From contig JBHLOI010000007.1 of NCBI GenBank assembly GCA_048940645.1, forward strand, positions 32,001-96,000: a stretch of DNA of 64,000 nt, in the 5' to 3' direction. The notes beneath the pieces are model-generated. The model saw nothing but the letters and a program-made list of their open reading frames with translations. It was not told where the DNA came from and did not search any database. Origin of the DNA: Promethearchaeota archaeon (GTDB lineage: Archaea; Asgardarchaeota; Lokiarchaeia; Sigyniarchaeales; SOKP01). Below, piece by piece: positions 20,171 to 29,026 of the stretch. The translations under genes and the position numbers were made by a program. How positions within the stretch are numbered: the first letter of the stretch is position 1; each line of letters opens with the position of its first letter.

Positions 20171-20995
20171 TCATGCTAGCTCAAATAAATCCTCTATTTT
20201 ACAATTTAGAACCTCAGCAATTTTGGAAGCCAATAGTAGACTTGGATTATACTTTCCTTCTTCTAAATAGTTTATTGTTTCTATAGGAACTCCTACCTTC
20301 TCTGCTAACATCATAGCAGTTAATTTTGCTTTTTCTCTTAGTTGTTTTATTGAAGTCTTTAACCTCTCTCCCTCTCGCATTTTAGAAAGAATATAGCTAA
20401 TGAAGTTATCAAATGCCAATTGTTCAGGTCTAAAAATTTTATCCTCTAAACCGCTCGGGGTTGTAGAAATTTTTGCGATTATTTCCTTAATCTTATTTTC
20501 AATTATATGGGGGTCCTTTAAACCTGGAATGTATCCTTCAGGACCTATTCCTTTACGTGTCGTGCCTGAACTAACAGCACTATGACCAGCGGTTTCAATC
20601 TTTATTGTAAAGGTCTTAAACATCCTATCAAATATTCCAGTAGTTATATTGATGTTTTGGATTCTTTTATAAGGAATTGTAGCCCTCGTTCTTGTAAATA
20701 CTCCATGGTTAATCACAATGCTGTCTTTTTGCACCTTATATGTAAAATTTCGAACATAAGCCGAAAAATATAAGGCAGACGTTAGTGTTATAATTACATA
20801 TGGAGCTATTGTGGATGCAAGAATTAAAATTAGAAATAATTCAAAAGTGAAATCAGGATTAAAAAAATAAACAAAGTAATATGTAATTGATAAAATCGCA
20901 GCATAGAATAGAAGAATTAAGTTATTTTTTAATACTTCTTTCTTTACGTAATCACGTGAAATTGTGCCTATATAGATGAATTCTTCCTCGTTCAT
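20171..20995 (-). CDS. Membrane protein: 2 TM + bacterial PH (bPH_2, YdbS-like) domain + C-terminal XRE HTH
   Basis: Y......I.I..GVF......IPYKRIQNI....G.F.R.F....I.IETAG; C-terminal LAEKVGV...TINYLEEGKYNPS. Confidence 0.85.
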   Translation of the reverse strand: MNEEEFIYIGTISRDYVKKEVLKNNLILLFYAAILSITYYFVYFFNPDFTFELFLILILASTIAPYVIITLTSALYFSAYVRNFTYKVQKDSIVINHGVFTRTRATIPYKRIQNINITTGIFDRMFKTFTIKIETAGHSAVSSGTTRKGIGPEGYIPGLKDPHIIENKIKEIIAKISTTPSGLEDKIFRPEQLAFDNFISYILSKMREGERLKTSIKQLREKAKLTAMMLAEKVGVPIETINYLEEGKYNPSLLLASKIAEVLNCKIEDLFELA

Positions 20996-21022
20996 GATAT
21001 TCCCTCCCTATTTTTTATATTT

Positions 21023-21036
21023 AATTTACTAGTCAT
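21023..21036 (-). promoter_or_regulatory. Putative operator, copy 1 (ATGACTAGTAAATT on minus strand) upstream of the bPH_2-XRE gene
   Basis: Exact reverse complement of 21211-21224; preceded by TTAAATA on the minus strand. Confidence 0.6.
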
Positions 21037-21210
21037 TTTATTTAATTATTAATAGTAATATAGAAATATATATTTTTCTAAATCTTATACTCAACACTCT
21101 TATGATTTATTGAGTAATTATAGACTTTAAATAAAAAATGCTAAATAATTTTAACTTACATTTATAGAAATAGAAAAATCTTTTTTAAATTATAGAAAAA
21201 TTTAAATATG

Positions 21211-21224
21211 ATGACTAGTAAATT
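21211..21224 (+). promoter_or_regulatory. Putative operator, copy 2 (ATGACTAGTAAATT) just downstream of TATA-like TTTAAATA at 21201-21208
   Basis: 14-bp exact inverted repeat with 21023-21036. Confidence 0.6.
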
Positions 21225-21295
21225 TAACATGGGTATAATAAAAAATCATTAGTCATACCTAAAGAAATGTAATAATAACCCTTTAAAAGTAGGAT

Positions 21296-21538
21296 GTGAT
21301 TAAAAGAATGTTGGAAAATGAATCCGAAATAATAGAACGGATTTATCGGATCAACATACTAGAGGAAGATGACATAATCCTTTTAAAGAAAAAAAGGAAA
21401 TTGAGGGAAGTTATTGAAAATATAAATATAAGTGATCATCTCTCTGCTAAAGCAAAACAATACATCATATTAGGACTTGAATCATTTATTATCGCTGCCC
21501 ATATTGCGTTTTTTGTCCTTAGAATATTTAATTTTTAA
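21296..21538 (+). CDS. Small protein with C-terminal hydrophobic helix
   Basis: 80 aa; EEDDIILLKKKRKL basic motif, C-terminal TM. Confidence 0.65.
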   Translation: MIKRMLENESEIIERIYRINILEEDDIILLKKKRKLREVIENINISDHLSAKAKQYIILGLESFIIAAHIAFFVLRIFNF

Positions 21539-21553
21539 AGTGGTGTTTAAAAG

Positions 21554-21700
21554 GTGGAAGAAGAAATAGGGGAACAACAAGATTTAATTTTCTTAAAGAA
21601 ACACAGGCGGATTAAAAAGATTTTAATAATAATTGTTAAGATCCTCTTACTTTTTTTCTTCCCGATAATCGTAGCTCTTTTAGACCATTTTATATTTTGA
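21554..21700 (+). CDS. 48-aa membrane peptide related to the upstream 80-aa protein (not in the ORF track)
   Basis: GTG start after GGTG; MEEEIGEQQDLIFLKKHRRIKKILIIIVKILLLFFFPIIVALLDHFIF. Confidence 0.6.
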   Translation: MEEEIGEQQDLIFLKKHRRIKKILIIIVKILLLFFFPIIVALLDHFIF

Positions 21701-21817
21701 AGATTAGCTATTTTTTAAAGATTATTAAACATTGGTCTAATCTAGTTTAAAATAAAATAAATAATCTGATTAATTAACAATCTTACCAATCAAAAAAATA
21801 TTAATTGTGTAAAAAAA

Positions 21818-22384
21818 ATGTCTATAGAAAGAAAAGATCGGTATTATTCAAAAGAAAAATATGAAAGCACTTACACATCTTTTTTCTGTGGTGGAGCCTT
21901 TTTATTTGTAGCAATTTTATCATTGGTCCTTTTATCAACCAATAATAATTTCTTAGGACTTTCTGGCTGGGGATATTGGATGTTTATTCCCGCGTTCTTC
22001 ATAATATTTTTTGGTGGATTTCAACAAATTTATACAAATATGAAGTTCAAAAACGCAGTTAAAAATGCAATCGCAGATCACGGAGTTCAAGGATCAGTCA
22101 AGCTTGAGGACCTCGCACTTCAGGTTGGGATAAAGCCACGCGACGTATTAAGGGTTCTTGTTGATTTAAGAGCAAAAGGATTGATCGCTTATAAATTTAA
22201 TCAAGAGACAGGAGAAATTATTCTAGGAGAAAAAGTGCAATATACTCCTCATGAAAGCTATGTGGCTCCACCAAAGCAACTTCAAGAACCTTTGTCCACA
22301 GTAGGTAAAAATTTTTGTGTTTACTGTGGCCAAAAATTACGTGAAGGAGCTCGATATTGTGAGAATTGTGGATCAGAATTATAG
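21818..22384 (+). CDS. 2-TM membrane protein with PCI-like winged helix and C-terminal zinc ribbon
   Basis: VKLEDLALQVGI....VLRVLVDLRAKGLIAYKFNQETGEI; CVYCG...CENCG. Confidence 0.75.
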   Translation: MSIERKDRYYSKEKYESTYTSFFCGGAFLFVAILSLVLLSTNNNFLGLSGWGYWMFIPAFFIIFFGGFQQIYTNMKFKNAVKNAIADHGVQGSVKLEDLALQVGIKPRDVLRVLVDLRAKGLIAYKFNQETGEIILGEKVQYTPHESYVAPPKQLQEPLSTVGKNFCVYCGQKLREGARYCENCGSEL

Positions 22385-22523
22385 ACTAAAAGTAGTTTAT
22401 TAAACTTCAATAATCAAAATTTTTCTTTTTTCTTATTTTTAAATTTATTTATAAAAAGTTAAAATTTAACAAACTATTAGATAATTTTAATGAAATCTAT
22501 TTTTATTGAAGAGAGATAAATGT

Positions 22524-23327
22524 ATGAAAGAGATTGATAAATTAATAATTACAGTAACAACAGCGAATTCTTGGATTTATCCTGACTTAAAAAATTGGGC
22601 ACAAACAACTGATGAATTAATAGATGATGTACTGAAATGTTACGAAGCTGGAGCTGCTATTGCACATATTCATTTACCTAGAGGAGAAGAAATTGAAACT
22701 GTGGAAAGAATAAGAGAGCAATGTGATATTATAATACAAGCAGGAATGTCAAGTTATCCAATTGAAGATAGAGCCCCAGATTTTCAAGCAAGACCAGATA
22801 TGCTCTCTGTTATTTCCAATCATCATGCTGAACACTTTCCAGAAGCAAATGTAGATGTTATCCATGATATTGATGAGTTGGAGCAGTATTGCATCTCATG
22901 TAAGAAATTTAACATAAAAATAGAATGGGAAGTTTGGCATACAGGGTCATATTGGAATCTGAATTATTTAATCAAAAAAGGATTATTAGACTCTCCGTAT
23001 GTGTTGACTCTCTTTTTTAATTGGCCTGGAGGGACATGGTCTCCACCGACTGCAGATGAATATTTACACAGAGTTAAATATATGCCGTCTAATAGTGTGT
23101 ATACAATTAGCGTTATGGGAAAGGAACAAACAAAGATTGCTACTTTAGCAATCACATATGGAGGCCATGTTCGAGTAGGTACCGAAGATTATCCTTACAT
23201 AAATAAGGGAATACCTGCTAAAGATAATGCAGAATTGGTCTCTCGTATGATTAAAATTGGCGAAGAAAGGGGACGTAAAGCTTCAGATCCATCTGAAGCA
23301 AGAAAGATTTTAGGAATAACTAATTAA
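22524..23327 (+). CDS. Beta-keto acid cleavage enzyme (BKACE/DUF849)
   Basis: CYEAGAAIAHIH, GGHVRVGTED, DNAELV, EARKILG. Confidence 0.92.
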   Translation: MKEIDKLIITVTTANSWIYPDLKNWAQTTDELIDDVLKCYEAGAAIAHIHLPRGEEIETVERIREQCDIIIQAGMSSYPIEDRAPDFQARPDMLSVISNHHAEHFPEANVDVIHDIDELEQYCISCKKFNIKIEWEVWHTGSYWNLNYLIKKGLLDSPYVLTLFFNWPGGTWSPPTADEYLHRVKYMPSNSVYTISVMGKEQTKIATLAITYGGHVRVGTEDYPYINKGIPAKDNAELVSRMIKIGEERGRKASDPSEARKILGITN

Positions 23328-23365
23328 CTGTGTAATTCGAAACAAGAAAAAGTTTTTAAAAAATG

Positions 23366-24142
23366 CTATCTTGTTGTCCAACCACCATCTAACCTTAAAT
23401 CTGCTCCTGTCATATAAGAAGATTCTTTACTAGCTAAAAATAAAATTCCAGTAGCTATTTCTTCTGGTTTTGCCCAACGTCCCATAACCCCTTCTTCTTC
23501 GAATTCATTTTTAACTTCCTCATAAGAAACGCCCCTGTCTTTAGCTTGTTTAGCAACATCACTTTGCAACATTGGTGTATCTGTTGCACCAGGACTTACA
23601 CTATTAACTCTCACATTATAAGGTGCTAAATCTAAAGCTAAAGCTCTTGTATATCCTAGCACTCCTGCTTTTGTTGAACAGTAATTAGCATGGGCTACTT
23701 GCCCAATATGAGCTGCCACTGAAGCTAAAGTAATAATAGAACCCGATCTCTGCTTTTTAAAGTACGGTACAGCATATTTACAAGTATAATGAGTTCCTTT
23801 GAGATTCACATCAATTAACAGATCATAATCTTCATCTGGAAAGTCCTCAATAGGACCTACTCGTACTACTCCAGCATTAACGATTAATACATCTATTCGA
23901 CCATGCATTTCTATTGTTTTATCAATCATTTTTTTTACATCTTCTGGTTTTCTTACATCCACCTTCATAATTGTGATTCTTTCTTGTGCTTCACCTAAAG
24001 CTTCATTTGTTTTTTTAAGACCATCTTCATCAATATCCGATAAAACTTGAATTGCTCCTTCTTTTGCAAATAATTCAGCTGTGGCGCGTCCAATTCCAGA
24101 AGCTGCACCTGTCAACACTACTATTTTATCTTTTACTCTCAT
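23366..24142 (-). CDS. SDR family oxidoreductase
   Basis: TGAASGIG, NAG, YCSTK, VNSVSPG, DGG. Confidence 0.95.
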   Translation of the reverse strand: MRVKDKIVVLTGAASGIGRATAELFAKEGAIQVLSDIDEDGLKKTNEALGEAQERITIMKVDVRKPEDVKKMIDKTIEMHGRIDVLIVNAGVVRVGPIEDFPDEDYDLLIDVNLKGTHYTCKYAVPYFKKQRSGSIITLASVAAHIGQVAHANYCSTKAGVLGYTRALALDLAPYNVRVNSVSPGATDTPMLQSDVAKQAKDRGVSYEEVKNEFEEEGVMGRWAKPEEIATGILFLASKESSYMTGADLRLDGGWTTR

Positions 24143-24155
24143 AAATTTTACACCA

Positions 24156-25289
24156 TCATTTTATTACAATTTCTTTATTAAGGCTTGAAAGCCTTTCAGT
24201 GCCGTTATCTGTAATTCGGTAACAATCTTCTATGCCCACTAATCCTTGACCTCTTACGTTAAGCCAAACTTCTAGATCAAGCACCATATTTTTCTCAAAT
24301 AAAATGTCCATAGCACCTGTAGGACCAAATAAATGTGCTTCTTCACATTCTACTCCAATACTATGTCCAGTAATTAAATAAAAACCTCTCTTTGTGAGGG
24401 ATTTCAAGAAGTCCTGAGCTTCTCCTCGAAAATCTTTAGCATTAACTCCGGGATTGATATTTTCAGCACAATAGTCTTGAACTTGTATCATATATTCAAT
24501 TGCTTCTTTAGCTTTTTTAGGAATCTCTCCGATAACAACTCCTCTACTTACATCTGAGATATAACCTCCCCAAACTGCACCAAAATCAAAACGTACAATA
24601 TCATTTGCTGTTACTGGGATTCCTAAACCAGGAGCTTCTGGATCTGATGAGCCTATATTCATCGTAAGATGATCCCAACCCCAAGCACCTTCATTCACAA
24701 TTGTCCTTCTCGCAATTTGTAATAGTTCAGTATCTAGCACATTTAATTCAGTTGCTTCAATACAAGCTTGAATTGCCTTTTCAGCAACTTCAGTAGATTT
24801 TTTAATTCGCCTAACCTCCTCTTCTGTTTTAATTAATCTCATATCAATAAATGCTTTATCACCATTTACAAATTTAGCATTGGGAAATTTCTTTTGTAGA
24901 GCCTCAGATTGATATCGAGGCATAAAAGACTCAAGTGCTATAGTTTTATTTCCTAATTCCCATTCATCAACTTTTTTTAATAGTAACTTCACTGCAGCAT
25001 CCACAGATCCAATTCTTATCACCTCACTTGGATCAAGCCAAGAATATTCTTCTATACTATCATATAAAGACCAAACTAATGCACTTTCCTCTCCATCCCT
25101 TCTAACCATTGATAGAAATGGGTATTGATTTGATAATACATATAGGATAGGATTTGGAGCAACGTGAGTTACTGGTAATCCAGTTGTATAAAATACGTTT
25201 ACTGGTGTAGAAGCAATTAAAAGATCAATATCATGCTTATTTAGAACTTGTTTTGTCCTATTTTTACTATAACCTATTGGACCAACCAT
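24156..25289 (-). CDS. M24 family (Xaa-Pro peptidase/creatinase-like) hydrolase
   Basis: RLIKTEEE, DFG...YISD, GHSIG, LE, IED. Confidence 0.88.
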   Translation of the reverse strand: MVGPIGYSKNRTKQVLNKHDIDLLIASTPVNVFYTTGLPVTHVAPNPILYVLSNQYPFLSMVRRDGEESALVWSLYDSIEEYSWLDPSEVIRIGSVDAAVKLLLKKVDEWELGNKTIALESFMPRYQSEALQKKFPNAKFVNGDKAFIDMRLIKTEEEVRRIKKSTEVAEKAIQACIEATELNVLDTELLQIARRTIVNEGAWGWDHLTMNIGSSDPEAPGLGIPVTANDIVRFDFGAVWGGYISDVSRGVVIGEIPKKAKEAIEYMIQVQDYCAENINPGVNAKDFRGEAQDFLKSLTKRGFYLITGHSIGVECEEAHLFGPTGAMDILFEKNMVLDLEVWLNVRGQGLVGIEDCYRITDNGTERLSSLNKEIVIK

Positions 25290-25430
25290 TGAAACTTACT
25301 GATTTTTAGTTTATAATCATTAAAATATAATTTGAGTTAAAAACTTTTAATAAAATATTCCTATGGTTATAGTGTAAAAACCAAGAGATTAAGGGCAAAT
25401 CTTTAAAAATTTTAATTTAATTTCTTAATT

Positions 25431-25610
25431 ATGGATTTTGTGAAATATGGAATAATTGGCTCTGGTTCAGTTTGGCGTTTTCATAGAATTGGAAGCAAAA
25501 CTAATCCAAAAATTAAATTTAGAGATGGGATTAGAGATATATTATTACTTAAAATAATGGTTTATGAATTAAAAAAAAAAAGGGGTAGCAGTAATTATGA
25601 ATCAAGTTAA
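25431..25610 (+). pseudogene. Truncated Gfo/Idh/MocA paralog fragment
   Basis: MDFVKYGIIGSGSVWRFHRIGSKTNPKIKF aligns with the N-terminus of the downstream gene, then similarity stops. Confidence 0.6.
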
Positions 25611-26721
25611 ATTCGGCTTAGTTGGCGCGGGAGTTGTTTACATTTACCATGAAAGAGCTATAAGAAATAATTCTAAGATAAAATTTTCTTCTATATATGA
25701 TATAAATTTGAAGGGAGCAAGGAGGACTGCTAAAAAGAAAGGTATGGACTACTATAAGAATTATGATGAGCTTCTAAACAGTGACATCGATGCTGTTTTA
25801 ATAATGACGCCTCATTATTTACATATTGAGCACGTTGTTGCTGCTGCTGAGGCTCAAAAGCACATTTTATGTGAAAAACCTATGGCAACAACTCTCGAGG
25901 GCTGTGATGAGATGATAAAAGCAACTAAAAAAGCTGGTGTCAAATTTATGATTGCAGAAAATCATAGATTTTTACCTGCACATGAATATATAATGAAGAC
26001 AGTACAATCTGGTCTAATTGGAAGACCCTTTCTGATTCGCTCATATGAAGGTGTCAATGAGATAGAAGGTCTTATGAAAGAAGGCTTTTGGAAAGGACAT
26101 CCAATTTTAGCTGGAGGTGGAGCATTAATTGATATGGGAGCTCATAAATTTGCTACCCTCAATTGGATTTTAGATGATGAAATAGAATCTACATATAGTT
26201 ATCTCTCTAAACAATGTACAAATTTAGAAGAAAAGGCTGAAGATAATGCTATTACGATATTTAAATATAAAAATGGAACTATCGCAGAAACAGCGGTAAG
26301 TTTTACAGTTGTTTCGCCATTAACGAACAGTTTAGAGATATATGGAACTCAAGGCAGTATTATAGAGAATCATGCTTGGCAAAATCCTATTAAGATTTTT
26401 TCAAAGCATCCAGATTTGGGAAAGTATAAAGGAAAATGGTATGAACCGAAAATTGAACATGGACCGTATCCTAAATATTATGAGATTTCTATGAGAAATG
26501 AAGATTTGCATTTTTCTGATTGCATTATAAATGATACTGAACCTGAATTTACTCCTGAGCAAGCTAAAGAAGCTATTTTTGATGTGTTAATGTCATATCT
26601 ATCAGCAAAGAATGGAAAAATGGCAACTCGTAAAGACTTAAATGACATATACGAGACAATTGGTACACATACAATTTTAGAAGGATTAGAAAAAACTGTC
26701 CATAATAATTATTGTATTTAA
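25597..26721 (+). CDS. Gfo/Idh/MocA family oxidoreductase
   Basis: GLVGAG, TPHYLH, CEKP, GGGALIDMGAH. Confidence 0.95.
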   Translation: MNQVKFGLVGAGVVYIYHERAIRNNSKIKFSSIYDINLKGARRTAKKKGMDYYKNYDELLNSDIDAVLIMTPHYLHIEHVVAAAEAQKHILCEKPMATTLEGCDEMIKATKKAGVKFMIAENHRFLPAHEYIMKTVQSGLIGRPFLIRSYEGVNEIEGLMKEGFWKGHPILAGGGALIDMGAHKFATLNWILDDEIESTYSYLSKQCTNLEEKAEDNAITIFKYKNGTIAETAVSFTVVSPLTNSLEIYGTQGSIIENHAWQNPIKIFSKHPDLGKYKGKWYEPKIEHGPYPKYYEISMRNEDLHFSDCIINDTEPEFTPEQAKEAIFDVLMSYLSAKNGKMATRKDLNDIYETIGTHTILEGLEKTVHNNYCI

Positions 26722-26820
26722 TAATTATCACATAAGCTTATTCTACTAAACTTACCGGCTCTTCTTTTTTAAATACCACTTTTATCATATTTTCATTAAT
26801 TTGAAAATTCCCCGAGATGA

Positions 26821-27156
26821 ATATTCATTTCAAAAGGTTTTATTAATAATTCTGGAGTAGATAATCTACTAAAAAGAAATGAATCCTTTGAAAATACTTC
26901 TTTTGTTGAAAATGGAGAATTTCAAATAGAAAATTTAGATTTTTCCCCCTTATTAAATGATGAAAATTTAGTTCAGAAGTGTGATTTAGCAAAAAAAGAA
27001 TATCTTACTATGGCAAATGATATCCATATACTTCTAAAAAAGTGTGATAATTTAAATAATAATCAGAAATTAGATTATTGTAATAACGAAAGATATTACA
27101 TGAAACAATATTTAAAATACACGTTATTAAAAGTTAATAAATGTGTTCCTGAATAA
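26821..27156 (+). pseudogene. Orphan 111-codon open frame without a standard 5' start (remnant or non-canonical start)
   Basis: IFISKGFINNSG...NKCVPE, stop-free in very AT-rich DNA; first ATG only at codon 64. Confidence 0.35.
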
Positions 27157-27233
27157 TTTAAAAATATAAAAATTAAAGTTATTAAATTCCAATCCTTAGG
27201 AAAACTAACTTTATTAGTATTAAATTTAAAATT

Positions 27234-28097
27234 ATGCAATTTTCAAAATCAATAGTTGAAATAATAAAAGAACGTACTTCCTGGAGAACATATTTAAAAA
27301 AACTCATAGAAAATGAACCAAGGAGCCAAATTGATAAACTTTTAAAATTAGAAGAAATTGATAGTCCTTTTAAAAATGTATCTGGGAGTTCTCGATTTCA
27401 TTTAATAAGTGTGCCAGAATTCGATCCCGAAGAGAATATTAAGATCGGAACTTACGGTATGATAAAAGGTGCTCAGGAATTTATAGCTGGAGTCACTGAG
27501 AAATCTAAGTACGATCTCGAGAATTACGGTTATATATTTGAAGCTATTATATTAGCAGCCACTGATATGAATTTAAAAACCTGCTGGCTGGGGGGTACGT
27601 TTCATCGTTCACAAATTTCTAAAATGATTCAACTTGAAGATAATGAGATAATTCCTGCTATAACTCCCATTGGATATCCTGCTACAAGAAGATTGAAAGA
27701 AAGATTCATTAGGTCTATGGCTAAAGCAAAAGTGAGAAAATCTTGGGATGAAATCTTTTTTATCGGAGATTTTAACACTCCAATTAATCAAAAAAATATT
27801 GGAGAATATAAAACAATTCTTGAAATGGTTAGGATTGCCCCATCAGCAGGGAATAACCAACCATGGAGGATATTAAAAGATAATAATCAAGATATTTATC
27901 ACTTTTTTGTAAAGTACTCGGATTCCAAAAGAGGTTCAATTTATAATGCGTTTGTGCGACTTGATATAGGAATTGCGGTGTGTCATTTTGATCTTACTGC
28001 TAAAGAATTAGGATTAAATGGAAGATGGGAATTTTTAAGTCCAGAAATTGACAAAGCAGAAAGCCTAAAATACATAATCTCTTGGAATTCAACTTAA
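27234..28097 (+). CDS. Nitroreductase family protein (two-domain)
   Basis: RTSWRTY, TCWLGG, APSAGNNQPW, DIGIAVCHF. Confidence 0.9.
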   Translation: MQFSKSIVEIIKERTSWRTYLKKLIENEPRSQIDKLLKLEEIDSPFKNVSGSSRFHLISVPEFDPEENIKIGTYGMIKGAQEFIAGVTEKSKYDLENYGYIFEAIILAATDMNLKTCWLGGTFHRSQISKMIQLEDNEIIPAITPIGYPATRRLKERFIRSMAKAKVRKSWDEIFFIGDFNTPINQKNIGEYKTILEMVRIAPSAGNNQPWRILKDNNQDIYHFFVKYSDSKRGSIYNAFVRLDIGIAVCHFDLTAKELGLNGRWEFLSPEIDKAESLKYIISWNST

Positions 28098-28111
28098 TTT
28101 ATTAATCATTT

Positions 28112-28140
28112 CGTGAAACACTCATTTCACGTAATTTTTA
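28112..28140 (+). terminator. Hairpin followed by T-tract after the nitroreductase gene
   Basis: CGTGAAA-CACTCA-TTTCACG then TAATTTTT. Confidence 0.4.
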
Positions 28141-28271
28141 TTAAACAAAAAATAGAGTTTGTAGAGAGCAGCACTAAGTAAAATAAAAAAAAGTTATTGA
28201 TTTTTTCCAATTATTTCTTTTGCGAAACTTCGAGCTTCTTCCAGCTCTAAAGTTTTAACTATAGAGCTTAT

Positions 28272-28895
28272 TTATAAAAATTTTTTATTAAAACCAATAT
28301 ATAGGCTACCCAAAGCTAAACCTACTCCAACTAAGAAAGTAATACTTACTATATAAAATAGACCGAGTCTGCTGATATCTAAAAAGGTATATAAGTAATC
28401 ACCAGTGAAAATCCCGTGCATAAAAGAAAAAACTAAATAACCTATTGGATATATCGTCCAGTATGGAAGGTAGTTCCACTTATATTTCTTAGTTTCAGTG
28501 AATATCCAATCTACTATGAATGCGATTGGAGTAAGATAGTGTAAAATAATATTACTAAAAGCTGCCCATCCAGTAGGTTGGTAAAAGATCTGTAGTAAAA
28601 TAGCAAAGAAAATAAAAGTTGTTGTTATATAAAGAGTTAAAGCTCCTTTAAGAGGCCCCTTAATTTTCTCAAGAGATTCTGGTTTATTATACCAAAAAAT
28701 AGCTAGTGTAAACCATATGGTAACCATTAAGTTTGTTTGCATGGTGTAATATTTAAAACCGACTAACCAAATCAGAGGGTTTCCAGAAGCAATTGAACTA
28801 ATAAACCAACCAGTTATAATAGTAAACCAACTTAGCCCAGCAAAAATTATACGGTAAATTAAAACTGTTTTAATTGAAAGATTTATGTTTTTCAT
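28272..28895 (-). CDS. Pr6Pr / FAR-17a-AIG1-like membrane protein
   Basis: YYTMQTN, LHYLTP...DW, YPIGY, YLYTFLD motifs; 6 TM. Confidence 0.8.
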   Translation of the reverse strand: MKNINLSIKTVLIYRIIFAGLSWFTIITGWFISSIASGNPLIWLVGFKYYTMQTNLMVTIWFTLAIFWYNKPESLEKIKGPLKGALTLYITTTFIFFAILLQIFYQPTGWAAFSNIILHYLTPIAFIVDWIFTETKKYKWNYLPYWTIYPIGYLVFSFMHGIFTGDYLYTFLDISRLGLFYIVSITFLVGVGLALGSLYIGFNKKFL

Positions 28896-29026
28896 TCTTA
28901 AAATAACCTATTTAAAATATAGTTGTATTGGTAAGTTGAATTATTGAATTAAAACCATTCCTTTTTATCCTTTTATTATATCATCAAAACCTATTTTATC
29001 AATAATACTCTCATTTAGCGTAATTT

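Noticed and set aside
26790-26830. In-frame TGA before the orphan ORF read as selenocysteine
   Set aside because: A TAA lies six codons upstream with no start codon in between
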